From NCBI GenBank assembly GCA_965285965.1, contig CBDIWQ010000093.1, positions 1-58,879 on the forward strand: a DNA stretch of 58,879 nucleotides, read 5' to 3'. Under the pieces are notes generated by a model. The model saw nothing but the letters and a program-made list of their open reading frames with translations, was not told the origin of the DNA and did not search any database. Below are positions 58,241-58,879 of the stretch, piece after piece; within the stretch, counting starts at the first letter, position 1; every line of letters starts with the position of its first letter. Source of the stretch: an uncultured bacterium. GTDB taxonomy: Bacteria > Nitrospirota > Nitrospiria > Nitrospirales > Nitrospiraceae. The position numbers and the translations under genes were made by a program.

Positions 58241-58879
58241 ATGGCGATGCAGGCTATCCGAATACCTCTATCGACTTACAGGCTACAGTTAAATCATTCC
58301 TTCACGTTTAGCGAGGCCCGGGAGATTGTGCCCTATCTCCATGCCTTGGGCATTTCCGATTGCTACCTCTCCCCCGTCACCAAGTCCATGCCGGGCAGCG
58401 ATCACGGGTACGATACCGTCGATCCTACCCTGCTGAACCCGGAACTAGGCACGCCGGACGATTTTACCCGATTTGTAGACACCGTCCACGAACACCGGAT
58501 GAGCCTGCTGGTGGACGTCGTGCCCAATCACATGGGCATCGGCAAGGCGTTGAACCGCTGGTGGCGCGATGTTCTGGAAAACGGACCCAGCGCGCGCTAT
58601 GCGACCGCCTTCGATATCGATTGGCATCCCATTAAGCAGGAACTCAATAATAAAGTGCTCCTCCCAATCTTGGCCGATCAATACGGCACCGTTCTGGAAA
58701 ATCAGGAAATGATCGTGGAGTTCCAGCAGGGCGAATTCAGCCTGCGTTATGGCGAGCACCAGTTGCCCTTGACGCCCAAGTCCTGGATCCGGGTGCTCGG
58801 CGCGGGAATGGAAGAACTCATCGCTCGGACGGGCGAATCGGATGCGTCCGTGATGGAACTGCAAAGCATTCTGACGGCT
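58241..58879 (+). CDS. treY: Malto-oligosyltrehalose synthase, N-terminal part; runs off window
   Basis: Manual translation: RIPLSTYRLQL...PYLHALGISDCYLSP...GSDHGYD...DVVPNHMG...WWRDVLENG...FDIDW...KVLLPIL. Confidence 0.93.
   Translation, partial: MAMQAIRIPLSTYRLQLNHSFTFSEAREIVPYLHALGISDCYLSPVTKSMPGSDHGYDTVDPTLLNPELGTPDDFTRFVDTVHEHRMSLLVDVVPNHMGIGKALNRWWRDVLENGPSARYATAFDIDWHPIKQELNNKVLLPILADQYGTVLENQEMIVEFQQGEFSLRYGEHQLPLTPKSWIRVLGAGMEELIARTGESDASVMELQSILTA

Overview
Bacterial, mostly GC-rich window; gene content and style suggest Nitrospira/Nitrospirota (inference only). It has two parts. (A) 1-~17.6 kb, almost all minus strand: an AT-richer block carrying an apparently complete azole-type RiPP (TOMM/LAP) cluster, in the order TonB-dependent receptor - SAM methyltransferase - 72-aa precursor ending ISACGACGGWP - 15-bp stem-loop - RRE/E1-like leader-binding protein - YcaO - SagB-type dehydrogenase - HExxGH putative metallopeptidase. 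It is followed by a small sigma54-type operon, two more paralogous TonB receptors (one internally deleted), a periplasmic binding protein, a GAF/HAMP histidine kinase and an NtrC-type response regulator. This is the best candidate for a novel system: a peptide signal or metallophore with linked uptake and sensing. (B) ~17.7-58.9 kb: a general-stress-type gene island (SDR, diheme cytochrome c, SRPBCC, Zn-dehydrogenase, RecQ, ferritin-like proteins, a GH2-galT-galK-GT-glf-GH1/RmlD-galE galactofuranose block, DsbA, FKBP, SOD, two MFS, BON, glgC, treY). It shows many sigma54-like promoters, a recurring upstream GACA-N3-TGTC palindrome, frequent C-terminal Ala-Ala ends and two decayed loci. No rRNA, tRNA, CRISPR array, integrase or transposase was recognised. 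All family calls come from motifs read by eye, not database searches.
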